Shown in pieces: positions 25,079 through 37,623 of a DNA stretch of 64,000 nucleotides; positions within the stretch are counted from its first letter, which is position 1, and the number at the start of each line of letters is the position of its first letter. A program made the position numbers and the translations under genes. Origin of the DNA: Heptranchias perlo (lineage: Eukaryota); assembly GCF_035084215.1 (NCBI RefSeq), contig NC_090334.1, forward strand, positions 7,936,001-8,000,000, in the 5' to 3' direction. Under the pieces are notes generated by a model, which saw nothing but the letters and a program-made list of their open reading frames with translations, did not search any database and was not told the origin of the DNA.

Positions 25079-25692
25079 AAGAAGTGCATGTGTGGAGGCT
25101 GGATGAAATAGAATCAAATATCCTGCTGACAAGTTCAGATGTGAAGAATGGATATTGGCATCTATAAAACCTGAGTCAACTTCAGGATTTAAGAATGGCA
25201 GGGGAGAAAACTGAGAGAAGAAAAGGGTGGCAGACAATTGTGACAAATGTTATAACATTCAATTTATGCCTGGATGGTGCTTCTGCTGTTACACAGTCTC
25301 AGCCTGATCGTTCTGTCAAAAGGAACAAGGTGGAGTGAAAAGAGGGGAGCCCATCTCACCAATAAAACTAGAAAAGTAGATGCAACATTTGTTTTACCTT
25401 TGAACCAAATGCCGGGAATTTCCTTGGGGATCTTCCAAATGGCTGCCATAACTTCAGCGGGATTCCCGTTTATTCCGTCTATTTTCCACCGAAGTTACAA
25501 TTGCTGATCAGGAGAACCCCTGAGGAAGTTCCCGGTGTAAGTTTATTAAGAGACCCACAGAAGTGGGTAAGTGCCTGTGGAGTTGAACCGTATGCGCTAG
25601 GTTTGATCCCTGGAAAAGAAGTAGGTCTTCTGTCCTCTTTGTTTTGCTGAGACCTACAATGGTGTTCCCCAGTCTGCCCCACAGTTCTAATG

Positions 25693-26125
25693 CAAGAAAG
25701 AAGTTGCATTTATATAACACCTTTCACATCCTCGGGACATCCCAAAGCGTTACATGGCCGACGAGTTACTTTTGAATTGCAGTCACTGTTATATAGGCAA
25801 ATTCAGCAGCCAATTTGCGCACAGCAAGGTCCCACAAGCAGCAAGTCAGATGAACAGCTAGTTAATTGGTTTTGGTGGTGTAGTTGAGATAAGTATTGGC
25901 TAGGACACTGGGAGAACTCCCCTTCTCTTTTTCAAATAGTAACATAGGATCTTTTACATCCACCTGAGCAGGCAGAGCCTCGATTTAATGTCTTACACAA
26001 AAGATTGCACACCCAACAATGCAGGACTCCCTCAGTACTGCACTGAAGTGTCAGCCTAGATTATGTGCTCAAGTCCAGAGTGGGTCTTGAAACCATAGCC
26101 TCAAATACTCAGAAGGGAGGATTAC
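25693..26125 (-). mobile_element. DeuSINE (SacSINE1-like)
   Basis: Starts aagaagttgcatttatataacacctttcac; full family body. Confidence 0.85.
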
Positions 26126-26744
26126 TACCAAACCTTAGCTTATCTTTTCTCTGTACAGATGCTGCTGACCTGCTGTGTGCATTTTCTCTTTTTGTCTGAT
26201 TCCCAGTGTTCTTTGTTTTTATCTCTGTAATTTTTGGGGGGGAATAATACACACAACGGCCTGTTTTAGTATATATTAAGACACCTTAGGCATCAGATGA
26301 TATTTAGGAATTGTTTTGAGTTTTACTCTGTTATTCAGAGTGTATTAATAATGGACTTTATGCCAAGTGCCGTGCTCAGTTGAGGCTGACTGGCGTAGTC
26401 AGCAGATGTGGCCTCTGACCCTATTTTTCAGCCATTCAGTACATGTCCAATTGACAACCCACAAGACACAAGTGGGCTGTTTAGTTCTCACCAGAGACTA
26501 GAAGACACAGCATGTCCAGTACGCTCTCTTCCCCCTCAGCCCACCCCTGCTCCAAAAAGGATGTGTGGAGGTTAGACAGCAATGAAAAAACAAGAAAAAT
26601 ATTGAAATCGTGTAAGTAATCACATTCGCCAGCACAGAATGTACTTTGAAAGCCTGTTTCCAAAACTGGTTCTAAAATAAACCATTGTTCCTGGACCTGC
26701 AAAATAGTAACTATTTTATGGGCGCAATCAGTGCAGTGAATGAG

Positions 26745-26780
26745 TAATAAAACAAATAACACTTCTGTTTCCTTTTTTTA
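26745..26780 (+). terminator. Candidate distal polyadenylation site for the RMDN transcript
   Basis: AATAAA at ~26745 (another at ~26676) followed by U-rich ctgtttccttttttta. Other AATAAA occur at ~21701, 21770, 22263 and 23693, so usage is unproven. Confidence 0.3.
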
Positions 26781-29056
26781 TTATTGGAGTTCGAGCAGCC
26801 AGAGACTGGAGCAGGTCTCAGTCCTGATTAATAGCAGAGTTGCTTTCACAGGAAAGTTTCTCCAGGATGGTGGGCACAGTATAGGTTATCCTGTCTGCGT
26901 TACTCCCATATATTACTCTGCAGGTCAACCCTCTTGGGAACCTCAACCTGCCCCCAGCCACCCAGAGATCTACACGTTCGCCTGTAACTCAGCCGGATCT
27001 CACTAGAAAAATACCAGTGCATTAACGACGCACACCGTTATTAATGTGTAAATCGGTCAGCACAGGGGATTAAGAGATAGGCCGTGAGTTGCGGGGTGAG
27101 TTACGCTGCTCCACCATTTGCTTCACACAAATGGCATCTCTCCCTTAGCCTCCCTGTTATTTTTAAGAACTTGCTGGATTTGCACATTAATTACCCATTA
27201 AGCTCACTACAGAAAGTTAAGTCTGGTAATTAACAATGTGATAATTGTTAATGCAATGCCAATCAGCTTCTTGCCCAGAAATTGAACAATTTAAACTGTT
27301 CAATCTAATTCCTGCATGTAATAAATTGTTGTTAAAGGTTTTAAAAATGTCAAATTTTTAATTTTTACAATTTTTCTTTGTCTCGTTTTCACTCTCTCTC
27401 TCAAACCAATCTTTCCCTCTTTATTTCTCTTTTTGTACCCTGATTTGACTCTAAATCACCCTCCTTCTCCATCGTTCCTCTGTTTCTTTCTCAATCCTTA
27501 AATCTCACTGGTTGAGGAGCTAGACTGTTGGTCTCACTGATGTCCCAGTTGCCTAGTTGCCCTCGCCGCGCTGTTATCAGCTCACATTTCCAACAAGTTA
27601 CAGTTCAAAACATTTTTGAGCTGAAGGGTGCAGAAAAAAAGTCTAACGGGGCACGCCGGGAGATGTCCTGCTCCAGCAAGATCCGGCCCAATATAGTGAC
27701 TGGGGATTTGTTGCGGTGCTAAGTTTTGGTCCCTGCTTGCACAAACTGGGTTTTAATCCACTTCCGTTTAATTTTTGACCAAACCAGCCTTCCTCGAGGA
27801 GATGCTAGCGAATGGAATGAGGTTCTATAAGCACCAGCTTTATGGTATCGATGTGCAACTGAACATTCCTCTGTGCTGAAAGCATTAACTGCCAGATGGG
27901 GTAGTTCCATGGGGAGTGGGGGAGGTCATCATAGACCAGCCCATGCTATGGGCCCAGTGTCCATTGTCCATCAGTTTTCCTCCCCCAGCCCAAAGCGCCG
28001 AGGACAGCTGTAGCAACCCGTACTGCCACCTTGGCTGAGATCAGGGAACTCAGCATGTGTGTAGATCAGTTTAACACCAATAAGTGCATTATCCGCTGAC
28101 CATTTTTAAAACCATTTATATTTTCTCTGGTCTACCCATTTTAAATTCCCCCTCCATTTTATATGGTAAATACCCCATTGAACATCTAGTCCAGCTGACG
28201 GTGCGCAGCCAGGTAGCATCTGCCAGTACCACTCCTCAGCTAGCAATTAAAGCATCCACCTCACCCTTCAATTCTCCCCCTTTTCTATAGGAAATTGTTT
28301 CACATGTATGGTCTGGGATAATTTATGACATAACTGACAGTGTGCCAATACAAGACAGTGCTCGTTCTTTCCAGGGGTTCCCCACTGACCTGATCTCAGT
28401 CAATGCCTAGGTTACGTGCTCATGTTTCCAGAATAGGGCTAATTGGTGCTGATAGGGAAACCCTGGGCAGGATTGTCCTGCCTGCGACAGGTGAGGACTG
28501 TTCCTTTGATCCCGCTTTAACCCTAGCCCATTTTCTTGGAACAGTGGTCAATTGTCAAGCAGGGCTGGGCATCCAGTGTGATCACTTCCACTGAGAGAGC
28601 CTGCCACTGTGAGGGAGGGAAATACCAGCAGTGCTGCAGACCCAGAAAAGGTTATTTAAAAGTGGCAAAGGAGCTACAGAGAGGAAAAGGGAAGATGCTT
28701 TAAGGTGTTGGCCAAGAAAATGTCTTAGAAAGTGCAGTTTTAGGGTGTCGAAGAGGAGAGAGAGAGAGGAGGCCTCTGCTACACTCTTTCCCTCCATTTG
28801 CAAACATTGGGGCGATGATCACCACTGCCCAGGCAGTCCCAGGGAGCACTGGTAAGAAGGTCAGATAGGAACAGGATGGTCTGAGAGCCTGGGCCCTCCC
28901 TCTTCTGACATTGACTCGTGATGGTGGGGGGGTCCAGCTGTCTGTGGTCCATCTCACCACACCATTTTCACATTGCTTCCCCCACAATCCTGCATGATTC
29001 GGGATGGAGTAGTGGAGGAAAATATAGCCCCCTGGGTTTTAAAAGGTCGTTATGGT

Positions 29057-29157
29057 GAGAATCTATGTTTAATGGGGTTCTGGTGGGGAGAACCCATGTT
29101 TAATGGGGTTCTGGTGGGGAGAACCCATGTTTAATGGGGTTCTGGTGGGGAGAGCCC
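29057..29157. repeat. 31-bp tandem repeat, about 3 copies
   Basis: Unit ggggagaacccatgtttaatggggttctggt. Confidence 0.9.
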
Positions 29158-29732
29158 CTCTTCAAATCAAATATTTTTGGGCTAACGAAATTGAAGGGGC
29201 AAGGTCATTCTGGAACTTGAATGGCCTCATGCCAGCAGTCAAAATGTAACAAAATGCAAAATGTAATCAAGTTTTTCTTTTGCTGGCAGATTTTTTTTGT
29301 CTCTGCTCTGTGCCGTATCTCATTGGCTATGGTAGCTTAGAATCTGATAGATGCTGTAATGTGGCCTCACACCCAGATATCAGCACTCCCTCTTCACCAT
29401 CCTTCCTTATCTGACAGCTGTCTGTATTACAGGCCGCTGCTGCCCCCAACTGTCCAGATCTCACACTACACATTCAAAAAAACATCCCATTCAAACAGGC
29501 ATTTAGGGCAACAAGTCCGACTAAGGCTAGTCGGAACATGTACCTTCTGACAATTCAAAGGATATACGTTTTGTAATAAAGTGCAAGATGTAGTATAAGA
29601 GTTAATGTCTTTGTGTATTTTTGTGAACTGCTTCACCCCTCCTCCAATTAACGACCGTTTTTAAACCCAGGCTTGATGTCACCTGATCAATACTGCTTCA
29701 TTAGCTTTACAGTCAATTTGAACTGTAGTCAC

Positions 29733-30722
29733 TTTTTTTTATTCGTTCATGGGATGTGGGCATCGCTGGCAAGGCCAACATTTTATTGCCCATCCCTAAT
29801 TGCCCTTGAGAAGGTGGTGGTGAGCAGCCGCCTTGAACCGCTGCAGTCCATGTGGTGAAGGTTCTCCCACAGTGCTGTTAGGAAGGGAGTTCCAGGATTT
29901 TGACCCAGCGACGATGAAGGAACGGCGATATATTTCCAAGTCGGGATGGTGTGTGACTTGGAGGGGAACATGCAGGTGGTGTTGTTCCCATTTGCCTGCT
30001 GCCCTTGTCCTTCCAGGTGGTAGAGATCGCGGGTTTGGGAGGTGCTGTCGAAGAAGCCTTGGCGAGTTGCTGCAATGTATCTTATAGATGGTACACACTG
30101 CAGCCATGGTGCTGGTGGTGGAGGAAGTGAATGTTTAGGGTGGTGGATGGGGTGCCATTCAAGTGGGCTGCTTTGTCCTGGATGGTGTTGAGCTTCTTGA
30201 GTATTGTTGGAGCTGCACTCATCCAGGCAAGTGGAGAGTATTCCATCACACTCCTGACTTGTGCCTTGTAGATGGTGGAAACGCTTTGGGGAGTCAGGAG
30301 GTGAGTCACTCGCCGCAGAATACCCAGCCTCTGACCTGCTCTTGTAGCCACAGTATCTATGTGCTGGTCCAGTTAAGTTTCTGGTGGGGGAATTCGGCGA
30401 TGGTAATGCCGTTGAATGTCATGGGGAGGTGGTTAGACTCTCTCTTGTTGAAGATGGTCCTTTCTGGCACAAATGTTACTTGCCATTTATCAGCCCAAGC
30501 CTGGATGTTGTCCAGGTCTTGCTGCATGCGGGCTCGGACTGTTTCATTGTCTGAGGGGTTGTGAATGGAACTGAACACTGTGCAATCATCAGCGAACATC
30601 TCCACTTCTGACCTTATGATGGAGGGAAGGTCATTAATGAAGCAGCTGAAGATGGTTGGGCCAAGGACACTGCCCTGAGGAACTCCTGCAATGATGTCCT
30701 GGGGCTGAGATGATTGGCCTCC
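29733..30722 (-). mobile_element. 3' fragment of the second LINE family
   Basis: GVPQGSVLGP, MFADDCTVF, YKAQVRSVMEYSP, KSWNSLP; T-run at 29733; homologous to 5797-6750. Confidence 0.93.
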
Positions 30723-30749
30723 AAACCCATCTGACAGCCACACAAAAAC

Positions 30750-31095
30750 AACAGCAACAACTTGCATTTATAGAGCGCCTTTAATAATGTAAAACATCCC
30801 AAGGTGCTTCATAGGAGCGATTATCAAATAAAATTTGTCACTGAGCCACATAAGGAAATATTAGGACAGGTGACCAAAAGCTTTGTCAAAAAGGTAAGTT
30901 TTAAGGTGTGTTTTAAAGGAGGAGAAATGTAGGGAGATGGAGCGGTTTGGAGATTGGGGTGGATTTTCAGAGCTTAGGGCCTAGGCAGCTGAAAACACAG
31001 CCGCCAATGGTGGAGCTAAGGGAGTCGGGGTTGCACAAGAAGCCAGAATTGGAGGAACGGAGGGTTGTAGGGCTGGAGGAGGTTACAGAGTTGGG
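30750..31095 (-). mobile_element. L2 LINE 3' end
   Basis: Minus STIGGCVFSCLGPKL; tail cttgcatttatagagcgccttt shared with the DeuSINE tails. Confidence 0.75.
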
Positions 31096-31478
31096 GAGTG
31101 TGAAACTTTGGTTTATCAATTTATACATGAATGATCTGAGTTTAGGAACTCGGAATAACATCAAAATTTGTCAATGGCACCAAATTGAGGGTATGGCAAC
31201 TTGCGAAGGTGACTGTGAAAAGACTAGGGAAAGACATAGGCTAGCAGGGTGGGCAGGTAAGTGGCAGGTGCAGTTCAATGCAGAAAAATACCAAGTATTC
31301 CAATTTGTTGGTAAGAATAGGAAAAGGAAATGTTTAGATTTTAATAATAGGGGAGCAGACGGACTTTGGTGTGTGGAGACATGGGTCATTAAAGGTGGCA
31401 GCTCAATTATAGGTCATTAAATGAAACAAATGGGTTTGTTTCTTGGATACAAAAGCAAGGAGGTAATGTTGAATTTGT

Positions 31479-31741
31479 CTGGGGCATCTAAGGTTTCTCT
31501 GCCTGAACACTATTCATTTGATGGCCTTGATAACGGGCAGTTGGAAAGATTATCTGTAATCACCGGGCATTGTTCTATGACTATATATGTGGTAATTTTC
31601 AATGAATCTCGACACTCACCTGACGAAGGAGAAAGCCTCCGAAAGCTTGTGATTTTCAAATAAAACTGTTGGACTATAACCTGGTGTTGTAAGATTCCTT
31701 ACATTTGTACACCCCAGTCCATCACCGGCATCTCCACATCA
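31479..31741 (+). mobile_element. Penelope-like element 3'/pLTR fragment
   Basis: Flanked by direct repeat tgaatttgt (31470-31478, 31742-31750); end ccccagtccatcaccggcatctccacatc matches the reverse complement of ~56581-56610. Confidence 0.8.
31616..31652 (+). ncRNA. Candidate minimal type-I hammerhead ribozyme
   Basis: tcac-CTGACGA-a-ggag(aaagc)ctcc-GAAA-gc-TT-gtga. Confidence 0.7.
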
Positions 31742-32664
31742 TGAATTTGTATAGGACCTTAGTTAAGCTGAATTTGGAGTACTGTGCACCCTATTACAGG
31801 CACAGCTTAAAAGCAATAAAAAAGGTGCAGTATAGATTCAGTAGGTTCTTACCAGGGATGAGGGATTGTAGATATGAAGAGATACTGGAGAAGTTAGACA
31901 AATTGTTTCCACTGGTCTGCAAGATAATGACAAAAAGAATTAAAGAGGATGTGCGGAAAATTAATTTAGGCAGAAGATGGTTTGAATGTGGAATTCTCTG
32001 CCGCAGACCGTCACTGAAGCACATCCCATAAATAACTTTTTAAAAGAATTAGGTAGTTGCCTGAGAAAGAGGAATATTAAAGGGGAGTGAGGGGGGGAGT
32101 GAGGGGGAGAGTGGGATTAGACGAGAATGTTGAGAAAAACATAGGTGCAGACTTAATGGACCGAATGGCCTGTTTCTGTGCTGGAACATTCCGTGACATT
32201 TGACGAATGAAATGAGGGCGATGAATGATATCAGACCTGCAGACACACGGTGTTCCGTGACTGTTGTTATAGTAATACCAGGTTATTGCTGTACCAGATA
32301 ATATGTTTCCTGGTGTACTGAAGGCACTGACTCTTGCCTGGTTACAGTTCCAGGGGCCACTTTTTTTACCTCAGTCAAATGAGGCTACTCTTCACGTACA
32401 AACCTTCACAGTAAATGTGAGCTGGGGTGGGGGCCTGACATCTGAGCCACATTCTGACCTCACATGACAACTACACAAGTGAGCTTGGGCACACTGGGTG
32501 GCAATAAGAAACAGGAATCCTGGCCACTTTCTGCAGGGCAGAAACACTGAGCCCAATTATAGCACCAATACTGCCACCCAACTGAGATCAGCCAACTCAT
32601 CAGGAAACCAGTCTGTGACCATATTGCTCAGGACCACAGCAGGGCTACAACAACCCACCAAGAC

Positions 32665-33630
32665 ACTGATCCACCAAACCATTGACTTGCCAAACTATCA
32701 AACCACTAAACCATTGACAAACTATTGACCCACCAAACTATCAACCTATCGAACCACCAAACCATTGACCCACCGAACTATTAAACCCCCAAATTATTGA
32801 ACCCACGAACTACTGACTCTCCACCACTGACTCACCAAACTATTGACCCAAACCATTAAACGCCCAAACTATTGACCAATCTTCATCGTCGCTGGGTCAA
32901 AATCCTGGAAGTCCCTACCTAACAACATAGGAGAACCTTCACCACACGGAGTGCAGCGGTTCAAGAAGGTGGCTCACCACCACCTTCCCAAGAGCAATTA
33001 GGGATGGGCAATAAATGCTGGCCTTGCCAGCGACGCCCACATCCCATGAACGAATAAAAAAAAATAACCATTGGCCCTCCAAACAATCGACCCCAAACCA
33101 TTGAATGCCCAAATTATTGAACCTGCAAACCATTAAACCCCCAAACTGTTGACCCTCCAAACTACTGACGCACAAACCATTGACCCATTAAACCACTGAC
33201 CCTCCAATCTATTGACCTGTCAAACTATTGACCCTCCACACTATTGACCCACCAAACCACTGACCCGCCAAGTTAATGATCCCCCAAACTATTGGCCCAC
33301 CAAACAACTGACCTCCCTGAACTACTGACCCCCCAAACTATTGACCCACCAAACTACTGACCCCCCAAACTTCTGAACTCCCAAACTATTGACCCTCCAA
33401 ATTAATGATCCCCCAAACTATTGACCCACCAAACTACTGACCCCCCAAACTATTGACCCTCCAAGTTAATGATCCCCCAAACTATTGACCCACCAAACTA
33501 CTGACCCCCCAAACTACTGAACTCCCAAACTATTGACCCTCCAAGTTAATGATCCCCCAAACTATTGACCCACCAAACTACTGACCCACCAAACTTTGGA
33601 CCCCTCCAAACTACTGACCCTCTAAACTAT
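32665..33630. repeat. Degenerate ~17-bp minisatellite (ccaaactattgaccc), interrupted by a second-family LINE tail at ~32880-33065 (+)
   Basis: Repeated accaaactattgaccc/actactgacc variants; insert ends cccacatcccatgaacgaataaaaaaaa. Confidence 0.88.
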
Positions 33631-33989
33631 CAGGGGAGGGTGCTGATTATAGTCAATGACAGAAAAACATTAAATAGCAGTTATTTACTGTAGAATACTG
33701 TCAGGCCAAGAAATACACTTAAAAAAATCAGACCAACTCTCAGGAATGTGATATAAAAATACATTTGTGTTATTAATATTCACGGTGGCAGTAATACAGT
33801 GGAATACATTAATTAGTAGAATAATTTACACGTATGGTCACGTACAGTGACAGTCAATTATATGAAACATATACATAGTGTATAACATCAATCTGGTGCA
33901 GTATTCAGGAGGCATTGTGACTAAATGCAGAGTGGAGCAAACAAAACACAAATTAACCAGGTTTTCAGGAGGCAGAGAAGCAAGAAGGC

Positions 33990-34297
33990 AAGGGTCAAGA
34001 ACCAGAGGACGTAGATTTAAGGTGATTGGCAAAAGAACCAGAGGTGACATGAGAAAAAACTTTTTTATACAGCGAGTGGTTAGGATCTGGAATGCACTGC
34101 CCGAGGGGGTGGTGGAGTCAGATTCAATCATGGCCTTCAAAAGGGACCTGGATAAGTACTTGAAAGGAAGAAATATGCAGGGCCATGGGGATAGGGCGGG
34201 GGAGTGGGACTAGCTGGATTGCTCTTGCATGGAGTCAGCGCAGACTCGATGGACTGAATGGCCTCCTTCAGTGCTGTGACCTTTCTATGATTCTATG
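33990..34297 (+). mobile_element. CR1 3' fragment
   Basis: RTRGRRFKVIGKRTRGDMRKNFFIQRVVRIWNALP; ttctatgattctatg tail. Confidence 0.92.
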
Positions 34298-34435
34298 TGG
34301 TCCAATTATACCTTGCTCGTCTTCACATCTTAATGATTAGTTACATTTCTGTTGTATTGACTTCACAGCGTCCAATAGGGTCAAATACATCACAGCAACT
34401 GGGGTGGGGGGTGTATTTGTGTGTATGTGTATGTG

Positions 34436-34612
34436 AAAACAGAAAATGCTGGCAATACACAACAGGTCTGTCAGCATCTGAAAAGAGAGGAATAAAATAG
34501 GTTAGGATTTCAGTCTGTCGTCAGAATTGGAGCTCTGACAAAGGGTTAACACTGAAAAACTTGCCTTTTTTCAGGTGCTGATGGGCTTTCCCCAGCATTT
34601 TCAGGTTTCATT
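34436..34612. repeat. Second palindromic Penelope-terminus element, decayed
   Basis: aaaacagaaaatgctgg..tcagcatctgaaaa versus ttttcaggtgctga..ccagcattttcag. Confidence 0.55.
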
Positions 34613-36057
34613 TCAATTTCCACATTTTCACTTTACCTTTTTATATCTATACGCATTTCATCCTTATATATGTATACATATTTTATCCTTATATATGTAT
34701 ACACATTCAAAGGCTGTACATAGAGAGCAATGGCAGGGCTGAGGTGCTGACAGCTGCTGTTTTGTTTCTCTTTTCCTGGACTTCTGTGTAGGTCATTTGC
34801 TGGTTATCGGGATGACTGCAGTACAGGTAAGGAGCACACAGGCAGAGTTCGACTAGCCCACCCTCACCATTCCCCAATCGAGCGAGCAGCATTCTGCTCA
34901 CTGGCCTTCAACTGGCTGTCCCATCAACTCTTTAAGGTTAAACATTTTAAAAAAAAAATATGGTGTTAAAGACAGCTCAGCAGGCTCACCTGGAGATAGC
35001 TGAAAGATTCAGTATGAATTTCAGGTGAACCAAGGATCGGGAGATCAAGCAGTCTTCAAAGAGTAATTAGTTATGTCCCTCATCCAGTGTGAGTGCAAAC
35101 TGAAGCATCACCCAGCACAGAGCAAGATGGGCAGTAGAATTGCCCTCACCACTCCTCTCACTACCCCGAAGAACATCCAAAAACATCTCCACCAAAACTC
35201 TGGGACTCGCCTCATCCCCACCCACAGAACTAAAGCAGAAGGAACAGAAATATAAGGCAGCATCGGCCTCTCAGAGTTGTCATGCTGTCTATTCACTCCA
35301 AGCCGGAACAGAGTGACTGAAGAGGGAAACACTCGGGAATACGTGGCCACAAAACACAGCAAAATTGTCAGTGTGGGCTTTAAGCTGGTGTCTGATGACC
35401 GGGATCACAGTTCGAGCTCAGTAGCTTGCGTGCTTCCAATATAACGGGCACTACAAAAATGTTACTTTAAAAAAATACAATATGCTTTTTTTTTAATACT
35501 ATTTAACTTTAATTTTTAAATGAACTGTTTACGATTTATGAAAAGGCAACAGGGCTGTTGAATGTTTAGGGGGCCCCCTCGCTCCCTCACGCCTCCCCGT
35601 GTGTTCGGAAATCACAGCGAGTCAGGAGAGGTTTGAAAATGTGTTTCGATATTTTTTGAACATTTCGGAGTGAGCCCGGGTCCCTGTGATATTCGCATCA
35701 ATAATACCGGGACCCGCAGGAATGAAATTCCTTTGTTCGCTAATTTAAAGGGGGCGTTTGGCCGGTTAACGCAGAATCTCTCTCTAAGTGTAATTTAAGT
35801 GACTCGTATCAAACATATCCCATAATTTACTTAAAAATACATTTCTAGCTAGCCTGATAAACAGCATATTCCAATACTGACAGCTAGGAACAAGGCTAAA
35901 TGTGGATTAATGTTCTTCCAAATGTGAGAAGTTGTATTTGGTGAATTGTCAAGTAGCAATCGTGATATATTGGTCTGGTAAGTCCTCATTCCTCTGTTGC
36001 TGTCTGGAGGACACTCCGTTTTCTCCATCTCTTCAATCTCTCTCTATCTCTCTGTCT

Positions 36058-37623
36058 TTATGCTGGTGATACTATCCCGCGGTACTTGTCCCTCAGTCTG
36101 ACCAACACGGTGAAGGACACCGGTTTGATGGTCAGCCCATAAGAACAGTCCATGCTCAGTTCTTCTGAAGGATTCGCCTCAAAGATGCATTGGTGGACTA
36201 GGATCGCCGTGAAGAGGAATATCTGGAGTTTGGACAGCTGCTCGCCGATACATCTCCTCTTGCCCACCGAGAAGATCATCACACTGCTCGTCAAGTCCCT
36301 GTTGATGCTCCCGTCCTCATTCAGGAACCTGGTCGGGTCAAATGTCCCGGGGTCCTTCCACTTGTGTTGGTCGTGGTTGACAGACCACTGGTTGATGAAG
36401 ACCACCGTGTCTTTGGGGATGTGGTAGCCGTTGATGTCCACATGGGAAGTGGTGGCATGGGGGATGGTCATTGGGACGAAGCTGGTGAATCTCATGATCT
36501 CGTAGATAAAAGCATCGAGATAAGGCAGGCGGGCTTTGTCCTCGGCTCCAGGGAGCCTCTCCCTGCCCACCACCTTGTCAATGTCCTCCTGGAGTTTGGT
36601 CTGGAGGTGCGGGTATTGGATCAGGTGGAAAAGGATCCAGTTCAGGGCTGTGGACGTGGTGTCCTGGCCGGCTCCCAGGATGTCGGTGACCGACCCTTCA
36701 ACGTGTTCCTTGGTGAGCCCATCCTCGTCCACCTTCCCATGCTCTATCACATCTATGAAGGCGTCGCTCATGTCCCTGGTGGTACCGGCTTGGAAGGTCT
36801 CCCGGTGTTGGACGATCTTGCTGCTGACAAACTCGAAGAACTCGCGGTTGAGCTCTTTAAAGTCCTGGTAGACGCTCCTGACGGGGTTGGGGAAAGCCTG
36901 GAGCCAGGGCATGGCGTCCACCAGGCTGCCGGCTCCCACCGTCTGGCCGAACTTGTCGTTCCTGCCCAGGAGCTTCTTGAACTCCAGGTCATCGTGGCTG
37001 TAGCGCCGGCCGAAGCACAGGGCGCACATGACATTGGCCGTGGCCACGGTCAGCTCCTGGGACGGCTCGAAGTGGCGGCCGTTTGCCCCCAACATCAGGA
37101 AGACCTGGATCAGGTCGCAAGCCTCGCCCACCACATGCTGCTCGAAGAGCCGCTTGGTCTGGGTGTTGGCCGTGGAGAAAGCCCGGACGGTGGAGTGGGC
37201 CAGGCGCCGGTGGACCTTCCATTGGCTGCTGTACCTGCCGAAAGCCATGCTCTTGCCTCCCGACACCAGGCGGAAGGAGGCGAAGTTAGGTCGGCCGGCG
37301 AACTGGACGTTGTGTTTGAGCAGAGCCTTCCTGATGGTGGCCTCCCCGTTCAGCACCACGATGTCGTGGAGACCCAGGCGGATCTGGAAGAGGTCGCCGT
37401 AGCGCCGGGCCATCTTCGTGAAGGTCAGGTGGGGCGAGCTGCCCAACTGCATGGCATTGCCCACCAGCGGCCAAGGGAAGGGGCCCGGGAGTGTCCTCGG
37501 CCCCCGCCTCCAGTGCCTCAGCCATCTACAGGCTTCCAGGCAGACGAGGAGGACCAAGGAGAGCAGCAAAGCGGGCTGCACCTGGAGCCTCCATTCCTCA
37601 GCCAGTCCCAGCACAGGATCCAT
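36058..37623 (-). CDS. CYP1C1: Cytochrome P450 family 1 subfamily C, intronless CDS, 521 aa (MDPVLG...VSPA)
   Basis: N-terminal hydrophobic anchor, LPGPFPWPLVGN, I-helix GAGQDT (1C-type, versus GASQDT in 1B1), EIMR (ExxR), FDPTRF, heme FSVGKRRCIG. The track ORF starts at a GTG (37725); the first in-frame ATG is at 37623. No stops or frameshifts; CpG-rich. Confidence 0.93.
   Translation of the reverse strand: MDPVLGLAEEWRLQVQPALLLSLVLLVCLEACRWLRHWRRGPRTLPGPFPWPLVGNAMQLGSSPHLTFTKMARRYGDLFQIRLGLHDIVVLNGEATIRKALLKHNVQFAGRPNFASFRLVSGGKSMAFGRYSSQWKVHRRLAHSTVRAFSTANTQTKRLFEQHVVGEACDLIQVFLMLGANGRHFEPSQELTVATANVMCALCFGRRYSHDDLEFKKLLGRNDKFGQTVGAGSLVDAMPWLQAFPNPVRSVYQDFKELNREFFEFVSSKIVQHRETFQAGTTRDMSDAFIDVIEHGKVDEDGLTKEHVEGSVTDILGAGQDTTSTALNWILFHLIQYPHLQTKLQEDIDKVVGRERLPGAEDKARLPYLDAFIYEIMRFTSFVPMTIPHATTSHVDINGYHIPKDTVVFINQWSVNHDQHKWKDPGTFDPTRFLNEDGSINRDLTSSVMIFSVGKRRCIGEQLSKLQIFLFTAILVHQCIFEANPSEELSMDCSYGLTIKPVSFTVLVRLRDKYRGIVSPA

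Larger units (their letters stand above)
31110..32195 (+). mobile_element. Old degraded CR1 LINE with a nested Penelope fragment
   Basis: WAGKWQVQFNAEKY, YKSKEVMLNL|YRTLVKLNLEYC, CR1-like tail. Confidence 0.8.
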
